Shown: positions 51,954 through 61,538 of the stretch, piece after piece
Numbering within the stretch: the stretch's first letter is position 1
Layout: every line of letters starts with the position of its first letter
Origin: an uncultured Actinomycetes bacterium
GTDB lineage: Bacteria > Actinomycetota > Thermoleophilia > UBA2241
Direction of reading: 5' to 3'
Assembly (NCBI GenBank): GCA_963725665.1
Contig: CAVRZA010000004.1
Span: 512,001-576,000, forward strand
Length of the DNA: 64,000 bases
Translations under genes and position numbers: made by a program
Notes under the pieces: generated by a model
What the model was told of the DNA's origin: nothing
Databases searched by the model: none
What the model saw: only the letters and a program-made list of their open reading frames with translations

Positions 51954-52616
51954 TTACGGCAGGAGGTCGTGGACGTCGGTAGGCGGGGCCTCGCGCTCGG
52001 CCTCACCCTTGCCCTTGCCGCCGATGGCCACCCCCGCCACGCGGTAGAAGTCGTGCTCGTGGTACTTGCCTGTGCCCGAGATCAACAGGTCCTCCTTCTC
52101 GTAGACCATGTTGGCGCGCTCGTACTCGCACATCTCCACATCGGGCGTGAGCTGGATGGCGTAGGTGGGGCAGGCCTCCTCGCAGAGGCCGCAGTAGATG
52201 CAGCGCGAGAAGTTGATGCGGAACCACTCGGGGTAGCGGCGGCCTGTCTCGTCCTGCGTCGCCTGCAGGGCGATGCAGTCGACCGGACAGGCCGCCGAGC
52301 AGAGGTAGCAGGCGACGCAGCGCTCGCCGCCCTCGGGGTCGCGCGCGAGGATGATGCGCCCCCGGTAGCGGGGTGCGAAGTAGGCGATCTCGTCGGGGTA
52401 CTGGATGGTGTCGCGGTGCCTCCAAAGGTGGGAGAAGACGACGCCGATGGCGACCATGGGGCTCCAAACGGCGTGCCAGACACGGGTGAAGAAGCCTACC
52501 CGACGGAGGCCGTACCGGCGTTCGACGGGGAGCAGGAAGCCGGCGTCTCCGACGTTCATCTCCTTGGCTCTCTCCTCGGAGATGGGCTCGCTCCTCTCAT
52601 CGATGCCGTCGGCCAC
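51954..52616 (-). CDS. nuoI: NADH-quinone oxidoreductase subunit I
   Basis: [12 protein letters not shown] and [18 protein letters not shown] (two [4Fe-4S] clusters). Confidence 0.96.
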   Translation of the reverse strand: MADGIDERSEPISEERAKEMNVGDAGFLLPVERRYGLRRVGFFTRVWHAVWSPMVAIGVVFSHLWRHRDTIQYPDEIAYFAPRYRGRIILARDPEGGERCVACYLCSAACPVDCIALQATQDETGRRYPEWFRINFSRCIYCGLCEEACPTYAIQLTPDVEMCEYERANMVYEKEDLLISGTGKYHEHDFYRVAGVAIGGKGKGEAEREAPPTDVHDLLP

Positions 52617-52625
52617 GAATCCCTC

Positions 52626-53579
52626 CTAGCTCCTGGCCACCACGATGGCGCCCGTCACGAGCAGGTTCACCAGCGTCAGCGGCAGCATGAACTTCCAGCC
52701 CATCTCCATGAGCTGGTCGTAGCGCGGCCGCGGGAAGGTCGCCCGCATGAGGATGAAGAAGGCGATGAAGAGGAAGAGCTTGATGGAGAACCAGACGATG
52801 CCCGGGAGCCAGGGGCCGAGCCAGCCGCCCAGGAAGAGCGTCGCGATGAGCCCCGACACGAGTGTGATGCCGAGGTACTCGCCGACGAAGAACATGCCGA
52901 ACTTCATGCCCGAGTACTCCGTATGGAAGCCGGCCACGAGCTCGCTCTCGGCCTCGACGAGGTCGAAGGGCAGCCGTCGGGTCTCGGCGAGGCCGGCGAC
53001 GACGAAGACGACGAAGCCGGCGAACTGGGGCACGATGTACCAGAGGTGGCGCTGGGCCTCCACGATGTCGACGAGGCTGAGCGAGCCGGCCATGACGAGG
53101 ACCCCCCCCAGCGAGAGCGCCATGAAGACCTCATAGCTCACCATCTGCGCCGCCGCGCGCAGGCCGCCCACCAGGGAGTACTTGCTGCGCGACGACCAGC
53201 CGGCCAGGACCACGCTGTAGACGGCCAGCGACGACATGCCGAGGAAGAAGAGAAGGCCGATATCGAGGTCGGCGACGACGATGCTGTGCGTGACCGGGAG
53301 GACGATGAACGAGAGCAGGACGGTGACGAGCACGATGGCCGGCGCGAGGACGAAGACGGGCTTGTCGGCGAAGGGGGGTATCCAGTCCTCCTTGGTGAGG
53401 ATCTTGACTGTGTCGGCGAGGACCTGCAGCAGTCCCGCCGGCCCGACGCGGTTGGGGCCGTAGCGGTCCTGCCAGACACCCAGCAGGCGCCGCTCCACCC
53501 AGATCAGCCCGGCGGCGATAGAGAGCGCGACGATCAGCACCCCGAAGACGATCAGGAGCTGCCAGAACCACTCAGGCAC
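52626..53579 (-). CDS. nuoH: NADH-quinone oxidoreductase subunit H
   Basis: ERRLLG.WQDRYGPNRVG, KEDWIP, GGLRAAAQMVSYE, PFDLVEAESELVAGFHTEYSG. Confidence 0.96.
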   Translation of the reverse strand: MPEWFWQLLIVFGVLIVALSIAAGLIWVERRLLGVWQDRYGPNRVGPAGLLQVLADTVKILTKEDWIPPFADKPVFVLAPAIVLVTVLLSFIVLPVTHSIVVADLDIGLLFFLGMSSLAVYSVVLAGWSSRSKYSLVGGLRAAAQMVSYEVFMALSLGGVLVMAGSLSLVDIVEAQRHLWYIVPQFAGFVVFVVAGLAETRRLPFDLVEAESELVAGFHTEYSGMKFGMFFVGEYLGITLVSGLIATLFLGGWLGPWLPGIVWFSIKLFLFIAFFILMRATFPRPRYDQLMEMGWKFMLPLTLVNLLVTGAIVVARS

Positions 53580-56397
53580 GGGCGCTCCTCTCGGGCGTCT
53601 CAGGGGCGAGCGACGCGAAGGCCGGAAGAGCGACGTAGGGGAGGCCGGCGAGGCCCGCCGGTAGGCCGGCCACGCCCTGAGCGAGGCCGTCGACCAGGCG
53701 CAGCGGCAGGCGCAGTTCACCGGAGGGCAGGGTCACGGTGAGGAGCTGGCCGGCGAAGAAGCCCGCCGTCTCGGCCTCGGCCGGGCTGAGGGCGACGTAG
53801 GGGCCGGGTGCGCGTTCGGCGACGCCGGGCGTGTGCCGGCTGAGTGGCTCGGAGCCGTAGATGTGATACAGGGGGACGATGAGCCACTCGTCCTCGCGCG
53901 GCACGAAGGCCGGCGGGATGCGGTCGGCGGCGAAGAACGCCGGCGGTTCCGCGGGTGTGCCCTCGGCGGCGAACAGACGCACGCCACTCGGCCCGCCGTG
54001 CAGCGGCCCGTTCGCCTCCTGCTGGAACTTGGCGACGCTGTTCACCGAGTTCCAGCCGGGACTCCAGATGTCCGTCAGCAGCGGCGCCGGGACCAGCGGT
54101 CCGTGCACGCCTTCAAGCGAGAAGGCGAGCGGCGAATCGAGGTCTTCGACCGGCGGCGGCTCCTGGACGGTCCGCTGCGCATCCTGCGCCGTGCGACCGC
54201 TGAAGCCGACGGGCTGGCGCGCGACGCGGCCCCCGGCGAGGCGGAAGCCGGCGCCGGGGGCCGCGTCGCGCGCCCCCGCGAGCTGGGGCAGTTCCTCGGC
54301 AATGGCCGCGAGCACCTCGTCGACCGAGGTCCAGGCGCGACCCTCGGGGCGGTCGAGCCAGACGAGCAGCTCGCGCAGCCAACGCCAGGGGTCGCGAATC
54401 TCGTCGCCGGGGGCAAAGACCGCGAAGAAACGCTGCGCGCGTCCCTCGGCGCTGACGTACGTGCCTGTGGACTCGGCCCACGTGCCTGCGGGGAGCACGC
54501 TGGTCGCCTTGCTTGTGGTGTCGTCGGCGATTGAGGCGAGCGCCACGGTGTGCTCGCAGCGGCTGAAGAACTCGTCGACCTGTGCCGCCTCGGCGCGGCG
54601 GTAGAGGTCGTTGTCGAGCACGAGCGCCGTGTCGGCCATACCGTCGACGACGGCTGCGAACGCCTCGGAGAGGCGACGGCCGCCGAGCAGGGCGAGGCCG
54701 AGGCTGTTGGGCTCGGGCAGCACGAGCAGGAGACGCGCTCGCTCTCCCAGCGCCCAGACGAGCTGGGCCGCGCCGCGCAACAGAGCCTCGCTGCCGGCAC
54801 TCGCGCCGGCGACCACGACGGTGCGCTCGGCACCGACCAGGTCGCGGGCGACGTCGGCAGCGGTCTGGGTCACGGCTGCGTCGGCGTCGGGGGCGTCGCC
54901 GCCACTGTCGACGGTAGCGTCGCCGCCACCGTCGACGGCAGCGGCAGCGCGGCCGTCGACGGCCGCCGCCGCCGCGAAAAGGACGCGCGCGAGCTCGTCG
55001 GGCGCCGCGTGCAGCGTCTGGGCGGCCAGTTCGTCGAGCTTGGTCGCGTGCAGCCCCAGGAGGCAAAGCCTCTTGGATTCGCGGCGCTTGAGACGGCCGA
55101 TGGCGGCGTCGTTCCAGCGCGTGATGTGGAGCCGCCGCTCTTCGTCTGTCCAGCGCAGGCGGTCCCAGATGCGCACCGCGAGGTCGGCCATCGGAGCCGT
55201 GTTGGTGAGATCCTCACCGGCGACCAGCACGGCCTCGGCTTGGCGCAGGTCTTGCAGCGAGGCCACACGCGTGCGTGGGTCACGCAGGAGTTCGAGCGCG
55301 AGGTCCGTCAGGTCGCGCTCGCGCTCGGAGAAGCCGAGGAAGAAGTTGTCGCCACCCACGAGGGCGCGCAGCGCATAGTTGGCCTCGAGTGAGGCGCGCG
55401 GCGAGGCGATGCCGATGGCGCGGGCGCCGCGCAAGCGGGACGCAAGGCGGCCCAGCGCCTCGCCCGCACCGGCCGGCCTCGCCTCACCACCCTCGCCATC
55501 GCGCAGCAGCGGGACGCGCACCCTTTCGGCGGAGTTGACGAACTCGTAGCCGTAGCGCCCACGGTCGCAGAGGAAGTACTGGTTCACGTCGGCGTTGTAG
55601 CGTGCCCGGACCCGGCGCAGCTCGCCGTAGCGCTCGCCGGGCAGCACGTTGCAGCCCAGCCCGCAGAGCGGGCACAGGGAGGGTGCCGTCTGCAGGTCCC
55701 ATTTGCGCGTGTAGTGCTGCGCCAGCGTCTTGTCGTCGAAGACGCCCGTGGGGCAGACCTCCACCAGGTTGCCGCTGAACTCGCTCTCGAGGGTGCCGTC
55801 GCTGACGCGTCCGAAGTAGGTCTGGTTGCGCAGGCCGAAGACGCCGAAATCGCGCCCTCCGGCGTAGTCGTTGTAGAAGCGCACGCAGCGGTAGCAGGTG
55901 ATACAGCGGTTCATCTCGTGGGTGACGAAGGGGCCGAGATCCTGGTTCTCGGCCGTCCGCTTGAGCGAGCGGTAGCGACGATAGGCATGGCCGGTCATCA
56001 CCGTCATGTCCTGCAGGTGACACTCGCCGCCTTCGTCGCAGACCGGGCAGTCGTGCGGGTGGCTCACCATCATGAGCTCGATCATGCGCGCACGGAACCG
56101 GACCGCCTCGGGGTCGTCGACGACGATGCGGGTGCCCTCGGCGGCCTCGGTCATGCACGCCATGACGATCTCGCTGTGCTCCTTGCCGTCGCGTCCCACC
56201 CAGTGCTGACGCACGGCGCACTGCCGGCAGGCGCCGATGGAGCCCATCGCCGGGTGCCAGCAGAAGTAGGGTAGGTCGAACCCCAGCGAGAGGGAGACGT
56301 CGAGCATGTTGCGGCCGCCCTCGACCTGGAACCGGCGGCCGTCGATCTCGACGGTCACGAGCTTCTCAGAGCCGTTTCCGTTGGCAGTGGCGTTCAC
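53572..56397 (-). CDS. nuoG: NADH-quinone oxidoreductase subunit G (long form with cluster N7 motif)
   Basis: YFCWHP..GACRQC, HPHDCPVCDEGGEC, CITCYRC, CPTG, CPLCGLGC...LCDRGR. Confidence 0.95.
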   Translation of the reverse strand: MNATANGNGSEKLVTVEIDGRRFQVEGGRNMLDVSLSLGFDLPYFCWHPAMGSIGACRQCAVRQHWVGRDGKEHSEIVMACMTEAAEGTRIVVDDPEAVRFRARMIELMMVSHPHDCPVCDEGGECHLQDMTVMTGHAYRRYRSLKRTAENQDLGPFVTHEMNRCITCYRCVRFYNDYAGGRDFGVFGLRNQTYFGRVSDGTLESEFSGNLVEVCPTGVFDDKTLAQHYTRKWDLQTAPSLCPLCGLGCNVLPGERYGELRRVRARYNADVNQYFLCDRGRYGYEFVNSAERVRVPLLRDGEGGEARPAGAGEALGRLASRLRGARAIGIASPRASLEANYALRALVGGDNFFLGFSERERDLTDLALELLRDPRTRVASLQDLRQAEAVLVAGEDLTNTAPMADLAVRIWDRLRWTDEERRLHITRWNDAAIGRLKRRESKRLCLLGLHATKLDELAAQTLHAAPDELARVLFAAAAAVDGRAAAAVDGGGDATVDSGGDAPDADAAVTQTAADVARDLVGAERTVVVAGASAGSEALLRGAAQLVWALGERARLLLVLPEPNSLGLALLGGRRLSEAFAAVVDGMADTALVLDNDLYRRAEAAQVDEFFSRCEHTVALASIADDTTSKATSVLPAGTWAESTGTYVSAEGRAQRFFAVFAPGDEIRDPWRWLRELLVWLDRPEGRAWTSVDEVLAAIAEELPQLAGARDAAPGAGFRLAGGRVARQPVGFSGRTAQDAQRTVQEPPPVEDLDSPLAFSLEGVHGPLVPAPLLTDIWSPGWNSVNSVAKFQQEANGPLHGGPSGVRLFAAEGTPAEPPAFFAADRIPPAFVPREDEWLIVPLYHIYGSEPLSRHTPGVAERAPGPYVALSPAEAETAGFFAGQLLTVTLPSGELRLPLRLVDGLAQGVAGLPAGLAGLPYVALPAFASLAPETPERSARA

Positions 56398-56422
56398 TTG
56401 GCCGCCTCGGCCATCGTCGCGC

Positions 56423-57766
56423 TCACCACGTCTCCCCTCGCATGACAGGGACGTAGGAGCCACCCTGTCCGTACGTGCAGCCACCCTCCGCCACGTGCGC
56501 CTCGAACTCGTCGCGGAAGAGCCTGATCGCAGCCTCGAGCGGCTGTGTGGCCCCCGGGGCGAGGTCGCAGAAGCACTTGTCGGAGCCGTTCGCCCAGATC
56601 AGCTCGCCGAGCAGGTCGAGATCGCTGAGCTCGGCGCCTCCCGTCTCGAAGCCCTCCATCAGGCTGACGATCCACTGCAGCCCCTCCCGGCAGGGCGTGC
56701 ACCAGCCGCACGACTCCTGGGCGAAGAACTGCATCATGTTGAGCGTGAGACCTACGGGGCAGGTCCTGTCGTCGAGCAGCAACGGGGTGCCGGTACCCAG
56801 GCGGCTGCCCACCGTCAGCATGGACTCGAAGTCCATGGGAACGTCGGTGTCCTTCGCCAGGACAAAGGCCGTCGAAGCGCCGCCGGGGATCAGCGCCCGG
56901 AGCTCGTACCCCGGCAGCATCCCGCCGGCGTGGACCTCGATCAGCTCGCGCAGCGTCGTGCCCACGGGGAGCTCGTAGCAGCCCGGCCTGTGCACCCGTC
57001 CCGACACGCCGTAGACCTTTGTGCCGCCCTCATCGTCGCGACCGATGCCCTTCCACCACTCCACACCGTTGCGCACGATCGAGGGCACGCAACACAACGT
57101 CTCGACGTTGTTGACGACGGTGGGTCGCGCCCACAGTCCCGCGCCGGTCATGTGTGGCGGCCGCGCGCGCGGGTTCGCCCGGTCGCTCTCCATCGCGTTA
57201 AGCGCCGCCGACGCCTCCCCGCACATGTAGCGCCCGACACTCACGTGCAGGTAGAGGTCGAAGGAGAAGTCGCTGCCCATGATCCCCCGGCCGATGAAGC
57301 CGCGCTCGTATGCTTCGACGAGCGCCTGCTCGAGCGCGGCCTGAGGCTCGTCGTACTGCGCGCGCAAGAAGATATAGCCGGCGGTGGCCTCGGTGGCGTA
57401 GCCGGCCAGCAGCATGCCCTCGAGCAGGAGGTGGGGGCTACGCGCCATCAGGAAACGGTCCTTGATGCTCCCCGGCTCCATCTCGTCGGCGTTGCATACC
57501 ACGTACTTCGGCGTGGGCGCGTCGGGGCCGAGCGGCATAGTGCTCCACTTGCGTCCCGTTGCGAACCCGGCCCCGCCGCGCCCACGCAGGCCGGAATCGG
57601 TCACCAGCGTCGTGACGTCGGGAGGCTGCAGCTCGCGCAGCGCGCGCCCGAGGCCTTCGTAGCCCCCGGCGGTGAGGTAGTCGTCGAGCGAGGAGGGGCG
57701 ACCATCGGGGCGCATCGCCCGCGTGAGCGGTCGCTCCCAGCCGCGGGCGTCGAGCGCCGGGCTCAC
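56423..57766 (-). CDS. nuoF: NAD(P)H-quinone oxidoreductase subunit F
   Basis: LRGRGGAGF, NADEMEPG, GRYMCGEASA, NNVET, ESCGWCTPCREG, CFC. Confidence 0.95.
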   Translation of the reverse strand: MSPALDARGWERPLTRAMRPDGRPSSLDDYLTAGGYEGLGRALRELQPPDVTTLVTDSGLRGRGGAGFATGRKWSTMPLGPDAPTPKYVVCNADEMEPGSIKDRFLMARSPHLLLEGMLLAGYATEATAGYIFLRAQYDEPQAALEQALVEAYERGFIGRGIMGSDFSFDLYLHVSVGRYMCGEASAALNAMESDRANPRARPPHMTGAGLWARPTVVNNVETLCCVPSIVRNGVEWWKGIGRDDEGGTKVYGVSGRVHRPGCYELPVGTTLRELIEVHAGGMLPGYELRALIPGGASTAFVLAKDTDVPMDFESMLTVGSRLGTGTPLLLDDRTCPVGLTLNMMQFFAQESCGWCTPCREGLQWIVSLMEGFETGGAELSDLDLLGELIWANGSDKCFCDLAPGATQPLEAAIRLFRDEFEAHVAEGGCTYGQGGSYVPVMRGETW

Positions 57767-58230
57767 GGGTAGCGCTCCAGGATGCGCTCGATGTCGTCGA
57801 CCGCCACCGGGCCATGCAGGTCTGAATCGACCACCATGGCGGGACCGCGGTCGCAAGCTCCCAGGCAGACTATGGGCAACAGGGTGAAGCGGTCGTCGTC
57901 GGTGGTGCCTCCCATCTCCACGCCGAGCTGGTCGCGCAGGGCCCGCCACAGCTCCTCGTAGCCCAGAGACCAGCAGGCGAAGCTGTTGCAGACGAGGATC
58001 ACGTGGCGACCCACGGGACGCCTGAAGAGCATGTTGGCGAACGTCGCCACCCTGTCGAGCTCCTCGGCGGTGACGCCGAGGAGCTCGCCGATATCGGTCA
58101 GTGCTTCGTCGGAGAGCCAGCGCCGGTGCTTCTGGACGATGCGCATCGCGGTGGCCGCTGCCGAGCGGCGGTCGGGGTAGTGATCCAGGATCGCCTCGAT
58201 ATCGTGCCTCTCGGCGTCGCTCAATGGCAT
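57763..58230 (-). CDS. nuoE: NADH-quinone oxidoreductase subunit E
   Basis: VATF..LFRRPVGRH, CNSFAC, CLGACD ([2Fe-2S]); SD GGGAG before ATG 58230. Confidence 0.94.
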   Translation of the reverse strand: MPLSDAERHDIEAILDHYPDRRSAAATAMRIVQKHRRWLSDEALTDIGELLGVTAEELDRVATFANMLFRRPVGRHVILVCNSFACWSLGYEELWRALRDQLGVEMGGTTDDDRFTLLPIVCLGACDRGPAMVVDSDLHGPVAVDDIERILERYP

Positions 58231-58267
58231 CGGGGCTCCCATCGCGTCGCTGCTGGGGACTCTGGGC

Positions 58268-60163
58268 TCATCTGTCGACGTCTCCCATGACGTAGTCGAG
58301 GCTGCCGAGTATCGTCACCAGGTCGGCCACCTCGTAGCCGAGGCACAGAAGTGGCACGATCTGCAGGTGAGGGAACGACGGGGTGCGGATCTTCGTGCGA
58401 TACGACGAGACGCCGCCGTCGGAGATGCAGTAGAAGGCGTAGTTGCCCTTGCTGCCCTCGGTCTGCACCGACGCCTCCCCCGGGGGGATCACCGGTCCCC
58501 AGCCCACTCCCAGAAAGTGGTCGATGAGCGTCTCGATGTCGTGCATCGTGCCGGGTTCCTTGACCGGCGGCGTCGCTAGGGGGTGGTCCGCTTTGTAGGG
58601 CCCCGGTGGCATGCTGTCTAGGCACTGACGGATGATGCGCAGGCTCTGGCGCATCTCCTCGACGTGCACGGCGACACGGTCGTAGCAGTCGCCCGTCGAC
58701 CCGACGGGCACCTCGAACTCGAACTGGTCGTAGCCCGAGTAGGGTCGTGCCTTGCGCACGTCCCAGCCAAACCCCGTGGCGCGCAGGTTCGGCCCGGTCA
58801 CGCCCCACTCGATGGCGTCGTCGACGGAGATGGGCCCGACGCCGCGCGCCCGGGCGCGCATGATGCTCGAGCGCATGACGATTCTGTCGTACTCATCGAG
58901 CCGGCGCGGCAGGTAGTCGATGAACTCGCGCACGAGCCCGTCCCATCCAGCGGGTAGATCCTCTGCCACGCCCCCGATGCGAAACCAGTTGGGGTGCATG
59001 CGCCCGCCGCAGATGGCCTCGGTGATGTCGAAGATGAACTCGCGGTCGCTGAACATGTAGAAGACGGGGGAGAGCGCGCCGATGTCCTGCGCGAAGGTGC
59101 CGTAGAACACGAGGTGGCTCGCCAGTCGGTAGAGCTCGCAGAGCATCACACGGATGACCTGGGCACGTTCGGGCACCTCGATCCCCGCCAGGGCCTCGAC
59201 GGCCGAGACGTAGGCCATGTTGTTGAGGACCCCGCCCAGGTAGTCGATGCGGTCGGTGTAGGGGATGTAGGTGTGCCACGTCTGGCGCTCGCTCATCTTC
59301 TCCTGGGCGCGGTGGTGGTAGCCGACGTCGACCACGCAGGAGACGATCTCCTCGTCCCTCAGCCCCACGATGACGCGCAGCGGGCCGTGGGTCGCGCCGT
59401 GCTGCGGTCCCACGTTGAGGTACATGAGACCGGCCTCCTCGCTTGCCGGCGGCAGGTGCCATTCCTCGGGCTTGAAGCGCAACATCTCCTGCCAGGCGTC
59501 GGCCTGCTGGGGGGGCATGACCAGCGGTCCGAGCTCCGTCCCGCGCGAAGGCGACTCCTTGCGCAGCGGGTGGCCCTCCCACCAGGGGGGGTTGAGGATG
59601 CGGTAAGGGTGTGGGCAGCCCTCGACGGTGATGCCGAACATGTCCCACAGCTCGCGCTCGTACCACTCGGCGGCCGGCCAGAGATCGACGATGGTGGCGA
59701 CGGAGGGATACTCGCCGAACAGCGGCACTTTGACGCGCACGTCGGCGTTGCGCTCGTAGGAGAGGAGCTGGTAGAAGACGGTGAAATCGGCTGCGGGCTG
59801 GCCGTCACGGCCGGCCCGCAGCCGCTCGTCGATGCCGCCCAGATCGAAGAGCGTGCGGTAGGGGCGCTCGGTGCCGCTCTTCAGGAAGCGCAGCACCTCG
59901 CGCACGCGGTCGCGGTGCACCCACACCGTGGGCACGCCGTCGCGCGTGTCCTGAGGGATGAGCTCCACGCCGGGCAGCGCTCGCCTGAGCTCGGCGAAGA
60001 CCTCGGTCTCGACCGTTGGGACTACGGCGGGGGCGCCCCACCACCTGGCCCTGACCGCCCGCGGCGGTACCTGTCCTTCGGGCTGAGCACCCCTCGCCCC
60101 CGGCGCCGCCTTCGTCTCGTGGGCCGGGACCTGGTGTCCGCCGGGTCTCTCTTCGCCGGCCAC
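58268..60163 (-). CDS. nuoCD: Fused NADH-quinone oxidoreductase subunit C/D
   Basis: [18 protein letters not shown] (NuoC) continuing in frame into [36 protein letters not shown] (NuoD). Confidence 0.96.
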   Translation of the reverse strand: MAGEERPGGHQVPAHETKAAPGARGAQPEGQVPPRAVRARWWGAPAVVPTVETEVFAELRRALPGVELIPQDTRDGVPTVWVHRDRVREVLRFLKSGTERPYRTLFDLGGIDERLRAGRDGQPAADFTVFYQLLSYERNADVRVKVPLFGEYPSVATIVDLWPAAEWYERELWDMFGITVEGCPHPYRILNPPWWEGHPLRKESPSRGTELGPLVMPPQQADAWQEMLRFKPEEWHLPPASEEAGLMYLNVGPQHGATHGPLRVIVGLRDEEIVSCVVDVGYHHRAQEKMSERQTWHTYIPYTDRIDYLGGVLNNMAYVSAVEALAGIEVPERAQVIRVMLCELYRLASHLVFYGTFAQDIGALSPVFYMFSDREFIFDITEAICGGRMHPNWFRIGGVAEDLPAGWDGLVREFIDYLPRRLDEYDRIVMRSSIMRARARGVGPISVDDAIEWGVTGPNLRATGFGWDVRKARPYSGYDQFEFEVPVGSTGDCYDRVAVHVEEMRQSLRIIRQCLDSMPPGPYKADHPLATPPVKEPGTMHDIETLIDHFLGVGWGPVIPPGEASVQTEGSKGNYAFYCISDGGVSSYRTKIRTPSFPHLQIVPLLCLGYEVADLVTILGSLDYVMGDVDR

Positions 60164-60164
60164 C

Positions 60165-60716
60165 CTAGACCTCTTCCTGGGGTCGCAGCTCGGTCTCGCC
60201 CTGACGGTAGGGCCGTTTGCTGTCTCGCAACGACAGGACGGCCGGCTCCCGGACCCCCTGCGGGCCCACCACCCAGCTCAGCGGACGGCGCTGGCCGCCC
60301 ACCTTCGCCTGCAGCAGCAGGAGGCCCTCCATGAAGGTCGTCGGCGTCGGAGGGCAACCCTGCACGTACACGTCGACCGGCAGGAAGCTGTCGACTCCCT
60401 GCACCACGCTGTACACGTCGAACATGCCGCCCGAGTTGGCGCAGGAGCCCATCGAGATCACCCAGCGCGGCTCCATCATCTGCTCGTAGAGGCGCTGTAT
60501 CACGGGGGCCATCTTGAGGAACGGTGTGCCGGCGATGATCATCACGTCGGCCTCGCGCGGTGAGGTGCGCAGCACCTCGGCCCCGAAGCGGGCGATGTCG
60601 TAACGCGGGGTCAAGCTGGTGGCCATCTCGACGAAGCAGCAGGAGAGGCCGAACCCGAAGGGCCACATGGAGTTCTTGCGCCCCCAGGCCAGCAGGTCCT
60701 GCAGGCCGGCAAACAC
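60165..60716 (-). CDS. nuoB: NADH-quinone oxidoreductase subunit B (true start probably ATG 60816 with an indel)
   Basis: [39 protein letters not shown]. Confidence 0.94.
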   Translation of the reverse strand: MFAGLQDLLAWGRKNSMWPFGFGLSCCFVEMATSLTPRYDIARFGAEVLRTSPREADVMIIAGTPFLKMAPVIQRLYEQMMEPRWVISMGSCANSGGMFDVYSVVQGVDSFLPVDVYVQGCPPTPTTFMEGLLLLQAKVGGQRRPLSWVVGPQGVREPAVLSLRDSKRPYRQGETELRPQEEV

Positions 60717-60812
60717 GGTGATCGGCGTTTCGGGGCCTTCGGGCAGAGGCGCGTTGGCCAGGTCGGCAAGCGCTCGTCCGGTGCCCGAGCCGTCGTTCGT
60801 CGCGGCGGATTC

Positions 60813-61235
60813 TCATCGCCGCCGCTCCCTCTCGGCCTCGCGCTGGGCGCGCCGCGCACGCGAGCCGGGACCCCAGTCGAGGGCGCCTTCCTTCCAGAGA
60901 TAGATCAGGCCTGCCAAGAGGAGAACGACGAAGAACAGCACCTCGAGATAGCCGGCCCAGCCGAGCCGTCGGGCGGCGATCGCCCAGGCGATGATGAACA
61001 CGGTCTCGATGTCGAACACGACGAAGAAGATGGCGAGCTGGTAGAACTCGATCGAGAGACGCTGCGGGAGAGGGCTGGCCGGCTCGATGCCCGACTCGTA
61101 GCGGTCGCCTGTGCCGAGGTCGCCGTGACGCTCGCCGAGCACGTGCGCCAGAAGCAGGATGATCCCCGTCAGGGCGAAGACCGCGATCGCGTACACGGCG
61201 ACCGGCCACACGGTCGTTGTCGCTGCTGCAATCAC
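60813..61235 (-). CDS. nuoA: NADH-quinone oxidoreductase subunit A
   Basis: YESGI, FYQLAIFFVVFDIE, YLWKEGALDW. Confidence 0.95.
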   Translation of the reverse strand: MIAAATTTVWPVAVYAIAVFALTGIILLLAHVLGERHGDLGTGDRYESGIEPASPLPQRLSIEFYQLAIFFVVFDIETVFIIAWAIAARRLGWAGYLEVLFFVVLLLAGLIYLWKEGALDWGPGSRARRAQREAERERRR

Positions 61236-61433
61236 GCTGCCGTACCCCCTCTTGTGGCTCCTACCTGAGTAGGAATACCCGGGCGATAGTCTTGTAGTAA
61301 CTGCTCCATACCGTGCCGGAGCCTCTCAGGTCAAGCGCGCCGCGGGGAGAGTCAGCTTGTCGCGGCGGCGACGCGCGGCCGGTCAGCGTGGGCTTTCTCC
61401 CTGCTCTTGTGCGACAATAACGGACTCCCAGGC

Positions 61434-61478
61434 TGGACTGGCATACGGCCGGGAGTACAGTTGTGATGTGGTACACGA
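61434..61478 (+). promoter_or_regulatory. Putative nfn promoter with an adjacent Rex-like operator
   Basis: TGGACT-N16-TACAGT (61434-61461) overlapping TTGTGATGTGGTACACGA (61461-61478); 11 of 14 defined positions match TTGTGAA-N4-TTCACAA. Confidence 0.45.
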
Positions 61479-61538
61479 GAGCCGCTTGCACCCGGCGAGT
61501 ACGCGCGGGTTGCGGGCGGAAGGCAGGAGGTCCGGTCC

